A stretch of DNA of 64,000 nt from Hormiphora californensis (Eukaryota; Animalia; Ctenophora): assembly GCA_020137815.1 (NCBI GenBank), contig CM035360.1, positions 3,410,001 through 3,474,000 of the forward strand. Reading direction: 5' to 3'. Each line of letters opens with the position of its first letter. The first letter of the stretch is position 1. The translations under genes and the position numbers were made by a program. Shown here piece by piece: positions 1-32,968 of this stretch. The notes under the pieces are model-generated. The model saw only the letters and a list, made by a program, of their open reading frames with translations. It was not told where the DNA came from and ran no database searches.

Positions 1-77
1 ACACTTGAGAATAGCACACATTGAGAGGTACAGACCAAAGTACACGAAATGAAAAGAATGCGGTATTGGGAAAAGAA

Positions 78-172
78 AAAGAGATAGAGTGAGAGAAAGA
101 GAGAAAGAGAGAAAGAGAGAGAGAGAGATAGAGTGAGAGATAGAGTGAGAGTGAGAGAGAGAGACAGAGAGA

Positions 173-260
<88 letters not shown>

Positions 261-272
261 GCGAGAGAGAGA
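78..272. repeat. (GA)n microsatellite
   Basis: Visible GA dinucleotide run; the ER-repeat portion of ORF 133..438 derives from it. Confidence 0.95.
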
Positions 273-666
273 TGAAGTGTATGATGGAGAATGTTTCCGG
301 ATCTACAGCGCAGTGACCGGTCTCTTCCCTCAATATACACACACCCCCATAAACACACTTCGGGGGAGGGTGGTAAACAAATGGATGAAGGAGGGGGTAG
401 TTGTACACTTCAGGTCTGTCGCACCAATTGAAGGGTGACAAACAAATGGATGAAGGAGGCTCTTCCAAAGAGCTTACAAAGAAATAGATAAACACATACG
501 GTGATCCAACCCCCGGCCCCCTTACTACATCAAATATATGGAAAGGATGAAAAGAACAGGAAAAAGAGAAAATGGAAAATGGAAAGGACCTATAATAGTG
601 GAGTTCTAATGGAGAAAGAGGGCGATGGATAAACCTAGATGAAATACTGATATAGATTCCCTTCAG

Positions 667-18022
<17,356 letters not shown>

Positions 18023-18929
18023 TCCTGGATGACTTCGACTGAACCACTCCAGCTTGTTGAGTAGGGGGTGGAGCTCAATAACCTCCAGCCCCAATCTCAG
18101 ATTGAATCTGAGACTGGAACAATGCCGTAGGGACAATAAATTGTAGACTGAGTAGTGAATAGTGAGTGTATATGGACAATTCAACAATGTATACATTGTA
18201 TTCACTGTATAGTGATGTCTATACATTGAGTACAAAACGTGTATTTTGTGTATTTTAGAGGAGTTTTTTGTATAGATTTAGAATTTTGTAATCAAATTGT
18301 TTAACCTGTTGTATAATTGTATATTTTCTGTTATTTGTTGAGTGAACTTTTCTGTTAATTAACATTCAAATAGGACTATAGGAGATTCTTGGAATGAGTG
18401 GTACAGCCCTGACCCTAACAGTAATATTATTACTAATAATGAGTATGAGAGAACTGAGTATCTACATAAAGTATGTTCCCTTATTCCTTTACATTATCCT
18501 GAGATGTTGACCGTTGTATTGTTGTTATTTCCCCTATTATTGAACCCATTTATATGATCGTTTAATATTTGACTTCTGTTTCGGGAAAACAGACAAGCTT
18601 TGAAAGGCTCAACTTGAACAAAACTCGACAGATTTTCGAAAATGAGTCGTATCGTGGTTGCGGCATGTCGTCTGCGCGTGCCAGAGTTCGAAGAAGCGCG
18701 CATATTTGAGAGGACAACTGCTTGCTTTCATCACAACGACTTCATTGCGCGCTACAATTACAACTGAAATGCCAACATTCTGCCGAAGCTGAGATACTGG
18801 TTATCTGCTAGCTCGTGGAAAGGATGGATAATATTGGATATGGATACAAATCTTTCAGGTCCCCACCGCCAACACAACACACTTTTATTCACGGTCTTAT
18901 TCAGTGTTCTGGACTCTGGAGAAGATTCA

Positions 18930-21570
<2,641 letters not shown>

Positions 21571-24500
21571 ATATAATTCATCCTATTTCTAAAGGATTTA
21601 CTTAGAAATCTAATGGATTTATTTAGAAATCCAAAGCTCCAATACCCCATGAAGTTTAACAATTATTCGGCGGTATTATGACACGAACACTCACTTTAAT
21701 TCATCCACACACTGAGAGCGGAAACACTTGAGTACCTCAAATATGCCCCAAATTATTTGACCGCCACTCCTCCCATGCAGTTGGTGACGTCATATTATAT
21801 TCGGTGGGAAGCAGAGCTAGAGAGCGAGCTCTCGAGCGCTATGCGATATCTGAGCCAGCGCGAGATATGGATATGAGAGGATCTAGAGAGCAGAGATCGA
21901 GAGAGATCTCTCTGATAAATAAATAGAGCGCTCTCCGATCTCTCGCTCCTCTTCTCTTCCTATCCCTCGAATATAGCTCTCTCCTGGATAGACGACCCGA
22001 TATATCTCGCTCTCCCTACTCCTCCTCTCTCTCTCGCGCTGCTCTCTCTCGCTCGCTCTCGCTCGCTCTCGCTCTCTCTCTCTCTCTCGTGCTCTAGGCG
22101 CTCTCTATACCTCTCATCGCTCGCTCTCTCTCGAGATCTTCATCTCTCTTCCCTTTCTATCTCTCTCTCACCCTCTCTCTTTTTTCTTTGCCTTAGGCTT
22201 GCTTTCCTGTGCATTCTGTCCTCCTTCCTCCACCGTTGTTGCATCCCTTCACATCTTCCTTCTCACTACCCAAGTACTCAAATTCTCTTTAGACGATCTC
22301 AGCATTCAGTTTTATTCCATCGTCAAGTAAAAATGACATTTTGGAGAAGGAAGTCTCTAAAAAATTCCAATTTTCGAGACTTCCTTCTCCAAAATTTTAA
22401 GGTATCCAATAAATGTAATAATCGCCTTGACAAGATTTCTGATGGTTTTCGACCACCCACCATCTTTGAAGACATTCCAAGAATTCAAATCCAACTTCGG
22501 TATTTCAACCTTCCTTTTGTCTCACTCCTCTGCACCATAAAAACGTTTGAGAAGAAGCTCCAGGATTGGACAATATTTTCATTTTTCAAGTTTTGAAAAC
22601 CTCCTCTTTGATCTTTCATTCAATTTTTTCTTCAAATAGGAGGGCTCGCTGTGGACAAAGGCGAGTATTTGAAGCGTTGCTTGGCTCGTTCGAAGGGTAA
22701 TTAGAAAAGCATTGTCATAAAAAGAAGAGAGAAAATAGTGCACAAGAACCCAAATTTACTTCTCGTTTGTGAGTTCAAGTACTGCGCTCCACAACGGATT
22801 TACTTGAACTGCGAAACTATCCGCCTCTCACAGAAAACGAGAGAGTGAAAGAGAGAGGGGGTGAGAGAGTGAAAGAGAGAGAGTGAAAGCGAGAGAGTGA
22901 AAGAGAAACGCTTGAGATCGAGCGCTGCGCGAGAGAGAGCGCATCGCGAGCGCTCTCTCGACTCCAGAGCGATCTCTACGCGCTCGCTTCCTCTCGCTCT
23001 CCTACTGAGACCGCGTCTTATTCCTCGTTGTTTTAAACAACCCAAAATAAACCCACCTTCTCCTTTCCCCACACCTAACTCCCTCGTCCAAAATCCATTA
23101 CTTTGAGTTTGAGAGGCAGTGATTTCTCTCTCTCTGTCCCTACCGAAGACAATGTTCCTGTCTTCCTCTCTCTCTTCTCTCTCTCTCTCTCTCTCGCTCT
23201 CCCCTTCTCTCCGGCCTCTCTCCGTCTCTCCGGTGTCTCTCTCTCTCATTCGTACTCCCCTGCTCCTCGTCGTCTGGCTCGTCTCAGGGTCTCATTCTGC
23301 TCTTCCCTCGCCGTGTTTCAGAAAACGAGTCGTCGCTCGTGACTGGTGCTCGACGGAAGGGCTCTTCTCTCGAGGTAGGCTGCCGGTTCGTCGGTCTCAG
23401 CTTGCTCTCAGACATGCTTTCTGGTCTTCATGTCCCTTGTCTCGTCTCTTGAAGTGCGGGTTTGCGGCGTGGGTGCTTCTACGGGGTATGCTGGGGGTCC
23501 TGTCGCTCCAGCATCTTTCGATCTTCTCGTCTCCATTTATTTTAGCGATAGTCCTTTCACAAAAAAACACTCTCCCCATCATCGCGCCGCTCAAATAATG
23601 GTCATACATGATAAAAGGAATCTTAATAAGATGTTAGGTGAGAGAAAGAGATAGAGAGAGAAGGATAGAGAGAGAGATAGATAGAGAGAAAAAGATAGAT
23701 GGATAGAGAGATAATAAAGAGACTTGGAGGACCATCCCCCTCAGTAAAAAACACCCTACTTAGCGCCCTGATCACGTGACCTAGGTCCCTTGTGATTGGT
23801 CGGGTGACAGCTCTCCCGGACAATCCCCCAAAAATGAGTAGATCCGATACATGATTTTGTTGGGGGCTGGATTTCCCTGGGAAAAATGGAGGCGTCAGCT
23901 GTAAAAATCCTCCTTTATTATAGCTGAAGAGAGAGAGAGAGGCGGGGACGGCCCCAGCTCTGTTTTATTCTCTTGACACAATCTAGTAGACCCCCCGCTG
24001 AGCGGTATTTTCTTGATAAACCGTGCAGCTAAAGATGCTAGAATAATTAGACGGTCCTGGTGATTAGCTGAACGAGCCCAGTACCATGCAATACTTTATT
24101 CTCTCTCTCCTTGTCTCTCTTTTTTCTCTCACTCTCTCCCTCCTTCTCTACCACCCCCTCGCCCCTAAACATACACGGGCCGACGCAAATGTAATCTGTA
24201 AAGCATCAAGCATCAAGAAGACACAGTTTAGCATAGACGCGGAGAGAGATAGAGTTTATTGAGAGAAGAAAAAATATCGGAGTTGTAGATCCAAAAGTTA
24301 CAACTATAATAGAATGACGAATAAACGATAATTCGAGATGTTTTTTTAAATGTATACCACAACTAGTTCCTAATACATGTAACAATAAATAATTTCTAAA
24401 ATTTAAATTGTCCGAGGACGGATTAGGTCAAAACCGGAGGTCTAGTCCTAGGTCTACCCACTCGGGGTCACATGGATTTTTACACTTTCAATTGTTTGCT

Positions 24501-25013
24501 CCTAAGGAGGTTTTTACCTAATTTCTTCAACACGATTCTGATTTTCTCTCCATCCTTTTTTTCTACTATCAGGTGCATCAGCGGCTGAGCTGCATATGAC
24601 ACGAGACAAGGCGTCTCACCCTGACTCCTACAGTTTACACGCTCCTTCAAGAACTCCTTTTAGTCATATTTCTAGCCCCTATACTATCATGATAGTCCAC
24701 CTTTTCTACCCCTCTCTCTCTCTCTCTCTCTGAATTTTTATCTATATCTCTCTCCCTCTCTTTCTATCTTTCTATCTTTCTATCTTTATCTCTCCTCTGC
24801 TCACAGCTCGCCGCCCGCGTGCGTTAACCTGCATTCTATCACCCGGCCCTACCAAAGACACTGTTTACCATTGTTTGCAAATGAGCTATCACAATTCTCT
24901 TTCGTCGTTTTGTTCTGAAGTTCGACACTAAGTCGAGATTGCTCATCTAGACGTCGCAGCTAGAGAGAGCTCGAGCGAGAGAGCGAGAGAGATAGAGAGA
25001 GAGAGAGATCGAT

Positions 25014-25047
<34 letters not shown>

Positions 25048-25315
25048 GAAATGAAAGATAGAGAGAAAAGATGTGATCTCATCCATCGGTCATCACGACA
25101 CGAGTTAGGGAGTGATTCGGCGACACAAGTTGCCCACTTGCCCACCGTCTGGTGGCTAATAAAGTTCAGAGGAACTCATAAGACTTATGAACATGATGAA
25201 CATGTCACATAAACCATCAGTCCCTAGGAATACATTAGTGCCCTTTATTACTTTCTTTGTGTCCTTTTCTCCAGGGTTTATCTCTCCACCTTGTCTCCCT
25301 ATCTCTCTCATATAT

Positions 25316-25499
25316 TTGATATTGGAAAGTTATTGGATGCAGGGCAAGTTATCACCAGCTGCAGGTTGCATAACGTTCCCTCGAATAAGGCACGATTGGG
25401 CTTTAAAATAAAATAGGTGGTAGGTGAGCCCAAAAGTATCCCTTAATTGGCCCTCAAGCCTGATTTTTAATGAAATCCAAATTTCGTCGTCTGAAGGTC
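25316..25499 (+). repeat. Interspersed repeat, second copy at 49955-50146
   Basis: TTGATATTGGAAAGTTATTGGATGCAGGGCAAGTTATCACC... aligns between the two loci. Confidence 0.88.
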
Positions 25500-25599
25500 N
25501 NNNNNNNNNNNNNNNNNNNNNNNNNNNNNNNNNNNNNNNNNNNNNNNNNNNNNNNNNNNNNNNNNNNNNNNNNNNNNNNNNNNNNNNNNNNNNNNNNNN
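25500..25599. other. Assembly gap (100 N)
   Basis: Exactly 100 N, typical of a scaffolding gap of unknown size. Confidence 0.99.
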
Positions 25600-28500
25600 G
25601 CGATCCATTGATGGAGATAGAGGGGAGTGGATTGTAGAGAGGTCTGCTGGAGAATAAAATACTTGGAGCATAAGGGTCGATGCCTCCGTTACAGATGGGA
25701 GGATCGGAATATAGAGAATTTGGGCCACATCGAGTCACGCAATTACAAGCGAGTCGTTAGGACCCCCTCCGGTGGAAGGCAAATGAATTAGAAGTTTGGA
25801 GCAGGCGAGACTTAAGGAGTAATGGAATAAGAATGCGAACATTAGGTTAGGGACGCATAATATCGACGGACGTAAGTGAGAGAGAGGAGAATGGAAAATT
25901 GGAGATAGAATGTAAAGAGAGTACATACCAAAGAAAAGCCGTGAAGGGAATGGAAATTGCGGACGAGAGGTAGTGGAAAACTGCGGGGCAGGAGCATGAG
26001 AGGGAAAGAAGTGGGGGAACAGGAAGGGCGAGCTAGCAGAGAAGGCCGAGTGAGGAGTGAGAGAGAGAGGGAGTAGATGAGAGCAGAGAAGGAGGAGTAG
26101 GCCGCACTTAGACGGCACAGCAGGCATGAGAGTAAACATTGTTAAGAGAATGGGCCTTTTGCTAAGCCTTGACAATAGCGTAAGAAAAGTAGTATTTACA
26201 TTTTTATAGGAAAGCCCTCCGTTACTAAAAATCCGATGTTGTAAAGTTACACATGCAACGCGCATTATATTATGGCAATAGAGTCGCGCTTGGTAACAAT
26301 GCTGATGACAACTGTAGCTGCAATCTAGACTGTACAATACTAGGCCAAGAAGGAAGAATCGTATGAGGAGAAGGGGTTGCAGGAGGAAAAAGTGAATGCC
26401 CAGTAATATGCTTAAGCTGAAAACTCTTACTTAAAAACTCGTACTGCCCATATAAAGCTTCATAATAATCGATAGCGGCTAGAGGTTGCGATGTCTTAAA
26501 CCATACCCCGTGGGCGAGAACTATGATAGCACACATGGAAGATGTCAGAAGAAACTGATGTGAAGTAGTCGAGTAGCTAGGGGATTCGAAGCTGAGATGC
26601 ACTAGACGTAATTGAAGCAGCTGTCTAGCAGTGGGAGTAGATTTGGCGCCATGAGGCGGCCCTTGCAGATCATTGGTTGTGATACTATACAAGGCAGTCC
26701 ACCTGCAAAAAGTAATTGCGAAAGCCGAGGCAAAGCGGAGTGGGAACATAGCACATACTCCACAGGCTAGAGAGTAGATTTGTGAATAGCGCCCTAAAAT
26801 AGTATTAAGGGAGGTCATCTTTTCAATTGCAATCATGCTACCCCACCTAGACCAGGAAGTCAACATAGGATTTAAACTAATTACCATGTTGTCGGACGCT
26901 AGAGCGTATGTAAATTGCGTGAGTCACGTACTGCAGTATGGGATCCGAGGAGATACAAGTTTTTGGCGCCAATGTGCCCAAGGCCATACGTCGTCTGTCG
27001 GCCGCTAAGCTAAGCCTACATGCTGATCATTAATCAAGTGATTATTAACAGTCCCCACGTCGCATGTGGACCCTGCATAACAATGAAGCCTTAGTGCGGA
27101 GTTGCTAGGCAAAGGCTAGACCTCCTGCGAAGATTATTTTAGCCTGATAGCGCCACAAATTCCTAGAACTTTAGAATTGCTTAAGCTAATGGAAAGCAGG
27201 AACTAACTAGATATGTTGCTATGAGAAAGAAGGAACAGAAAAGAAACACCCTAGAGACTTTGCTTGCTCGAATGGAAAACATGGAACTTATACTAAGATT
27301 TCAGTTACTAGACTAATGGAAAAAAACAGAAGCCTTCTAAATATGCATTGTGCTGATGGAAAAACAAATGAACTACTAGATTATTACAGCATCTAGGGGA
27401 AACCAGAAACAGCTTTGTGACTACTCAGGCAATACACTACATCCAGTTATACTTCACACGGGACAAGCAGCAATGAAAAAGTGACAAGTAGCAGCGGCTA
27501 GCCCATGTATCGACCCAATTAAGAAGTATTGTAACATAACTTACTAATACATCTACGTGGCATTAGAATGTACACCAAGCTGGAATCAGTTAAACAGCCC
27601 CAGATCCCGAACCCAGGATTCACAATAGTTACACGTTATGGCAGGTTTAGCCGATTATCCACCTTCCCAGAAAGGCCAAGCATAAAGAGAACGAGGAGCG
27701 AAAGGTGAAGTACATTAATAAGAAGTAGGCTAGTTGGTAGCGTAAATGTGGATCACAAGGGTCAACCATTGCTAGCATGAGTTAGCATGAGGGAAGAGAA
27801 AGAGGAAATACTACCGATAAGTAACATTGCACAGCCCAGTGTATAACGTAGGCGTGCTTACTCCCAGATACTACTTACATTGGAGGATGGCTTTGAACAT
27901 TGGATGGAGAAAGACCTATTGACCTCAACCAGGGGCGCTGGCAGTAGCACCACAGTTAGATGAACTGATTTATAAAAAAATACATAAACTTCGATTAAAT
28001 TAAATCAAAAACATTAACTGCAATTATAAAATCATAACTAACGCATAAAGTGCGATAATGGTCGTTATCAGCAGTCGGATTGTTTTGAAGTTGTCACCCC
28101 CGACCCTTGTGTAACTTAATCATCAGGCAACATGTTAACTAAACTCATTTAAAGTCGGACTAAAAGTGCCCACTCTATGCAGGGTCGTTATAAACAGGCA
28201 TACCATATTAATAATAGACTTAGGTTAATGTACGCTACGTAAGAAGAGAGGATAAGTTTCCTAAGTAATAAGCAGCACAAAGGAAAAAGAACAGCCATAC
28301 AAACAGTGAGTAGCTGAATCAAGGGTAGTTGGCTTTGATTAGCAGGAAATATAGCAGCCCCGCCAAGGCCCAGTATGCTGTACTGAGTGGCAACGTTATT
28401 AGGTCTAATAAGTTGACCCGCAGGATAAGTATAGGATTTAGTTGTTAAGATGGTTATCCCCAAAATCGAACATATGTGTAGTCGGGACAGGGATGATGAG

Positions 28501-29769
28501 ATTGGTCAGCGGCCCTTCCTGACGAAAACTGGGAAGAGCGCAGGACGGGAAGGATGCTTTAGCTCAGGAGGAGGAGAACCCAAGCAACCGACGCGCGGCA
28601 GTATAGATAAAGCCCAAGTTACTTGTTCCCGGTAACGTCGCTAGTTATGTACCACTGTGACCAGCTGCGTCTTGGTAAAGCCAATCATTACGTAGTTTTT
28701 AGTACATGCTGTACCTTGTAGTACGTGGTATGAAACGTCGCAGTAATCATTGAGCTTACTGCGGCAATAGTCTTTAGCCGTGTGGAATATACCCTTACGA
28801 TCAAGCGTTGAGCTGGAATAACACTGTCCAGAGGCTACGAGACGAGTAACTAGCCTGACCACATTCAAAGTACGGGCATTATAGCTCCGAGACAGCCACT
28901 GTTGTGGCAAATAAATCTGAGCACTCACTGAGGGAATCAGAATTAAAGCTACCATAAATGAGAGGGCTGAACATTGGGCAGCCCAATGCGGACCAGTCCT
29001 GTCAAGACATCCAAGCACATTCATAGATCTCCTTAAACATACGCAATAGCTAACATGTCGCGTGCGTTTAGAATGAGGTACGCACATGGATACGACACAT
29101 AAGTTCGGCAAGTTTTTATTCAAGGTGACGTACTTAGCATACTTTTGTGCTCACATGACCGTAGGACTGGTAGTGTGATACGACGGAACAGTGATAGAAT
29201 ATGAACACATGAATAGGCAGCTAGGTGATCAGTTAACAACTGAATGTGATGGCCCGTCCTTGACGGAGCGCGCAGGCGTGTAGGGGCCTGTTGAGTGGCA
29301 GTAATCAATACATCATCACAGTACTCGGCAATTCCCGCTCTTGGTTCGGCATAATTGCAACTTTGAATTGCTTAATGCCTCAATGATTCTTCGTAGAGGG
29401 GAGTGCAGGTTAGCGCGCACTAAGCTGCCAGATTGTACTAGGGAGAATAAGGCCTACATTGGCATTGAAGCGATGAGCCCATAGGACGGCAAATAGCTGA
29501 GATTGCATTCGCCGGAGGCGCGTATAACTTAGTCCACTCGTGTTATTCCGCGATAGAGGTATGAGCTATGACGCGAGCGAAGAAACCTGAATTCAGTAGT
29601 CTCGGTCCCACTACAATCATAGGCGCGTAGCTGAATAGCGCTTGACATGGGGTAGACCTGACCCGTCAGATATCTTCATGTAAAATCTCTCCCGGCTGCT
29701 AATTCCGCGCATCGACTTTACTGTGAAGCGGCCATATTTGTGCGTTGCAAATAAGATTCATTATTCGGC

Positions 29770-31350
29770 AGGGTGGCTTAAATCTCCAGGTAATTCCCGT
29801 GGAGATGGAAGCCTATAGTAAGAAAATGGTCTGGTCCGATATGGAATGAATGTAAGTACGTAAGCTATTATGCGCATAACGTGAGTGCCTAGCAGTGTCG
29901 GGAGCCCCGATTGCCTAGCCATCAGGCGAGATTCCTAACCGATGTAGGGGCATAGCACAGAGGTTTTTTTTTTTTTGTCCACATTAAAGTCTGCGAGGAG
30001 GCCCCGTAAGCCTCCAAGACAGGATCCATGGCGCCGCTTTCGTACAAAAGAGCTGAATGTATAACTATACTAGTAAAAGCGACTGGAGGATATTAGAATA
30101 ATATCCTAAGCAGAACGTAGGCATCGAGGAGGGCTGCCCGCACCAACATATAAATACGCGGGCTTTCAAATTACGAGTGCGGAATTATGTTGAATTTCCC
30201 TGTAGTCGCGATAGTTCGGATAAGCCTAATTGACTGCCTGCCACTTAAAGGAGTCGGAATTTATGAATTTCTGTCTCAGTTTACTACGTATACTTAGGGC
30301 ACATGGCATGTCGATAGCATAAAAGGTAGGATTTTAATGATAGTAAATATAGACCCATATATTAGGTATGTGTTCTAAAGTGAACCAGTTTCTCTCTTAC
30401 CTTCGCCCGACGTGAATCCAGGTTTATAACTAGTAGCAGACGATCCTTTCATAAAATGTCTATGCAAACATGGACATGCTTTGACAACGATATGCAACTG
30501 GTAGAAGCCTCATTGATTGTCTGATCATAGGTAACTGGCCTAGCTTATGACTATGTTGCATAATCTGCCAAGACGACGTAACTTATATCCGTGGCATAAG
30601 CTGATAGTTCAAACCTCATAATTTGGCTCGCGTTAAGTGGTGACTAACTACATAAGCTCGAGACTATCTGAACCATGAGCAGCATACAACATATCAGAGA
30701 TTGAAAGAAAGGCGAGCTTAAGTTTTCGAGATTGAGGAAGAAACACAGATGATAGTATACTTTCGATATAAGAGTTTGTGCTACATATTCGTAAGACTAC
30801 GCATGGAAATAAGTTTATAGGTAATTATATTCATTGGTATTTAACAAGAGGATTCATCTTTTAGCTCGCAATTACGAGGGTTTTCAATTCATAATTGAAA
30901 GAAGTCATATGTTCACGGTAATTTTGAACAAGAGTTTCTGAGGATCAATAACTGTCATATCTTAGAGATAGACCATATCTGGCGACTAGCCGAGATAACT
31001 AAGGGTGATGGAGTATGACCCACAGCTAGTGACATTGAGGATGATGACATAGAACAGGTGCTGTTCCTCTCGGAGACAATCTCTGTGACGTTCCTGATTA
31101 GAGTTATCTCGCCTCCTGTTAGGTACTACCTCCCACTTTGATCGCCCTGGTTCATTGTTAACCACATTACTCAAACTCATGGAGAATGATTGAGAATATT
31201 AGAATAATCATCAGACTGATACGACCCATCACGAAAACGACTCAACCCGGCTAAATGCGGTATAGTACAGGACCGACTGAGCTATGTACAAGTAATTAGG
31301 ATAATTGGATCGTTCTAAAACAAGCTCGTCATGTTAGCCGAGGAGATGCG
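29770..31350 (+). mobile_element. Probable Penelope-like retroelement remnant (RT plus GIY-YIG), heavily corrupted
   Basis: Frame-hopping motif traces in the expected order: GL..PIV (~29775-29820), FCL..Y..KG (~30270-30327), KF.IEEE..SI.F.DI (~30720-30775), CGIV...G (~31255-31300). No intact ORF. Confidence 0.4.
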
Positions 31351-32317
31351 TATGCGATAATTCATTGATGGCAGGGGAGATGGCAAAGGTAGACACGACT
31401 TTTATCAATCCACCTATGGTGATAACTGAATAAACATTTATAATTATAATTGTACCTGCCCAGTAGAGAGAGACTTTGAAACGGAGGAGAAGGAAGGTAA
31501 GAATCTAATCACCAGCTCTCTCTGAATCATGTTTTGCAGTTCGCACCTTTCCCTTGTCATAGGGAGCGTTAAAAACAGCGCGGCCAAAAAATCACTAGGA
31601 TAATTGATGAATCGGCGATATGGCGGGCAAGGGTAAATATCCTCATTTCGGAGCACACCTAACCCATCTCTTCTTTATCTGTTCCCATTAGCTGTTGAGA
31701 TGTACCCGCCAGCCTCACAAACCCAACCACCCAACAACAAAAAGGAACTAGGACCAGTATCAGGAACACCGAACGGTGAGGCGGAACCAAAAAAAAGAAA
31801 GATGTCTCGGCCCGACGCACAGCCCTCACCACCCAAGCCCAGCCACCATACCCAACCACGCCCACAGAGCTACAAAACCGCTCAACAGCAGATGGGAAAA
31901 AAAAACTGTAGGGAGGAAGACGGAAAGAAGGGAGAGAGAGAGGGAAAGAGGAGCACACGAAAAACGCACTACCACAAGAAACGTTTACAAGCAACGTACG
32001 CAGAATATAAATAGTGTGCGTCAATAGCCGATCACGTTAGAGTCGTGACACTCAACCCCGCTCATGAATCTCCTCCATCGTTGTCAAGGAGACACCGAAA
32101 CTCGAAATTCCATATTTTGGGGGAGTGTGTCCCGAAATCCTGGGGGTGGGGGGATATAACTCAGTTTAACATGGGGTTAACATGACAAACATGGGCGTTA
32201 ACATGAGCAAACGAAGGGGAGGAACTAGGAGGATACTTGATCTTACTATATAATGCGAAAGGGGTGAACTTGATCCCCCCATGTGTTGTGGTGCGTCCAT
32301 AAATCGTCGTCATCAAA

Positions 32318-32470
32318 GATCAGATCACACACCCAACATGCATGATTAGATCACCCCACTGGGATTCAGATCCCCCCACCCATGATCAGCTCATCCCATT
32401 GAGGAATCCAGATCACCCCACCCATGATCAGATCACCCCACTGAGGATCATCCAGTGAGTATCAGATCCA
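32318..32470. repeat. Degenerate ~20-bp tandem repeat (GATCAGATCACCCCAC core)
   Basis: About 7 visible units. Confidence 0.8.
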
Positions 32471-32968
32471 CATTTCACCCGAGTAGTCCACTGTGCGTGA
32501 TGAGATCCCCAATTAGAGTAGAAAAGTGGCGAAGACAGAGGAGAGACAGACAGAGGACAGAGAGAATGAGCGACGGGCCCGGCCCTTTCGGCCGAAAGCC
32601 GATAATTACATTGACTAGTTGTTTTTAAAGTGAATCTTGCACCCTTGAAAAAGTTGATTGCAATCTGGCTGATAGATGTTGGCAACACGAACTCAGCTCA
32701 GATCCCACATTAACCAGAAACACTACGGCGGATGGCGACGTGGGACTTGGGTGATATATGCAGGTTAAACTTGGGGATGCTCAACATTCGACTCTATCCT
32801 TTACCAGAGTCAAATTATATCCAACACCGTACCTGTCAACCAGTGTTAATTAGTGTCAATTAGTACATCTTACCAACATATTTGAATTAATATTTTTCGA
32901 TTTGTAAAATGTGTCTCCCTTCTAAACCGTTTTTTAAAAAGAGAAATTCCCCTCCCATTGATGTTCTT

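Noticed and set aside
133-438. ER- or SL-repeat ORFs here and at 6611, 9213, 10495, 18978, 52794, 56675 and elsewhere
   Set aside because: Stop-free translations of (GA/CT)n microsatellites.
372-459. 20-bp direct repeat AAACAAATGGATGAAGGAGG as a possible PDE first exon
   Set aside because: Could not build a phase-consistent, stop-free exon linking to 667.
31211-31243. Possible hammerhead core (CTGAT..GAAA)
   Set aside because: Core is imperfect, stems cannot be formed and the region is noisy.
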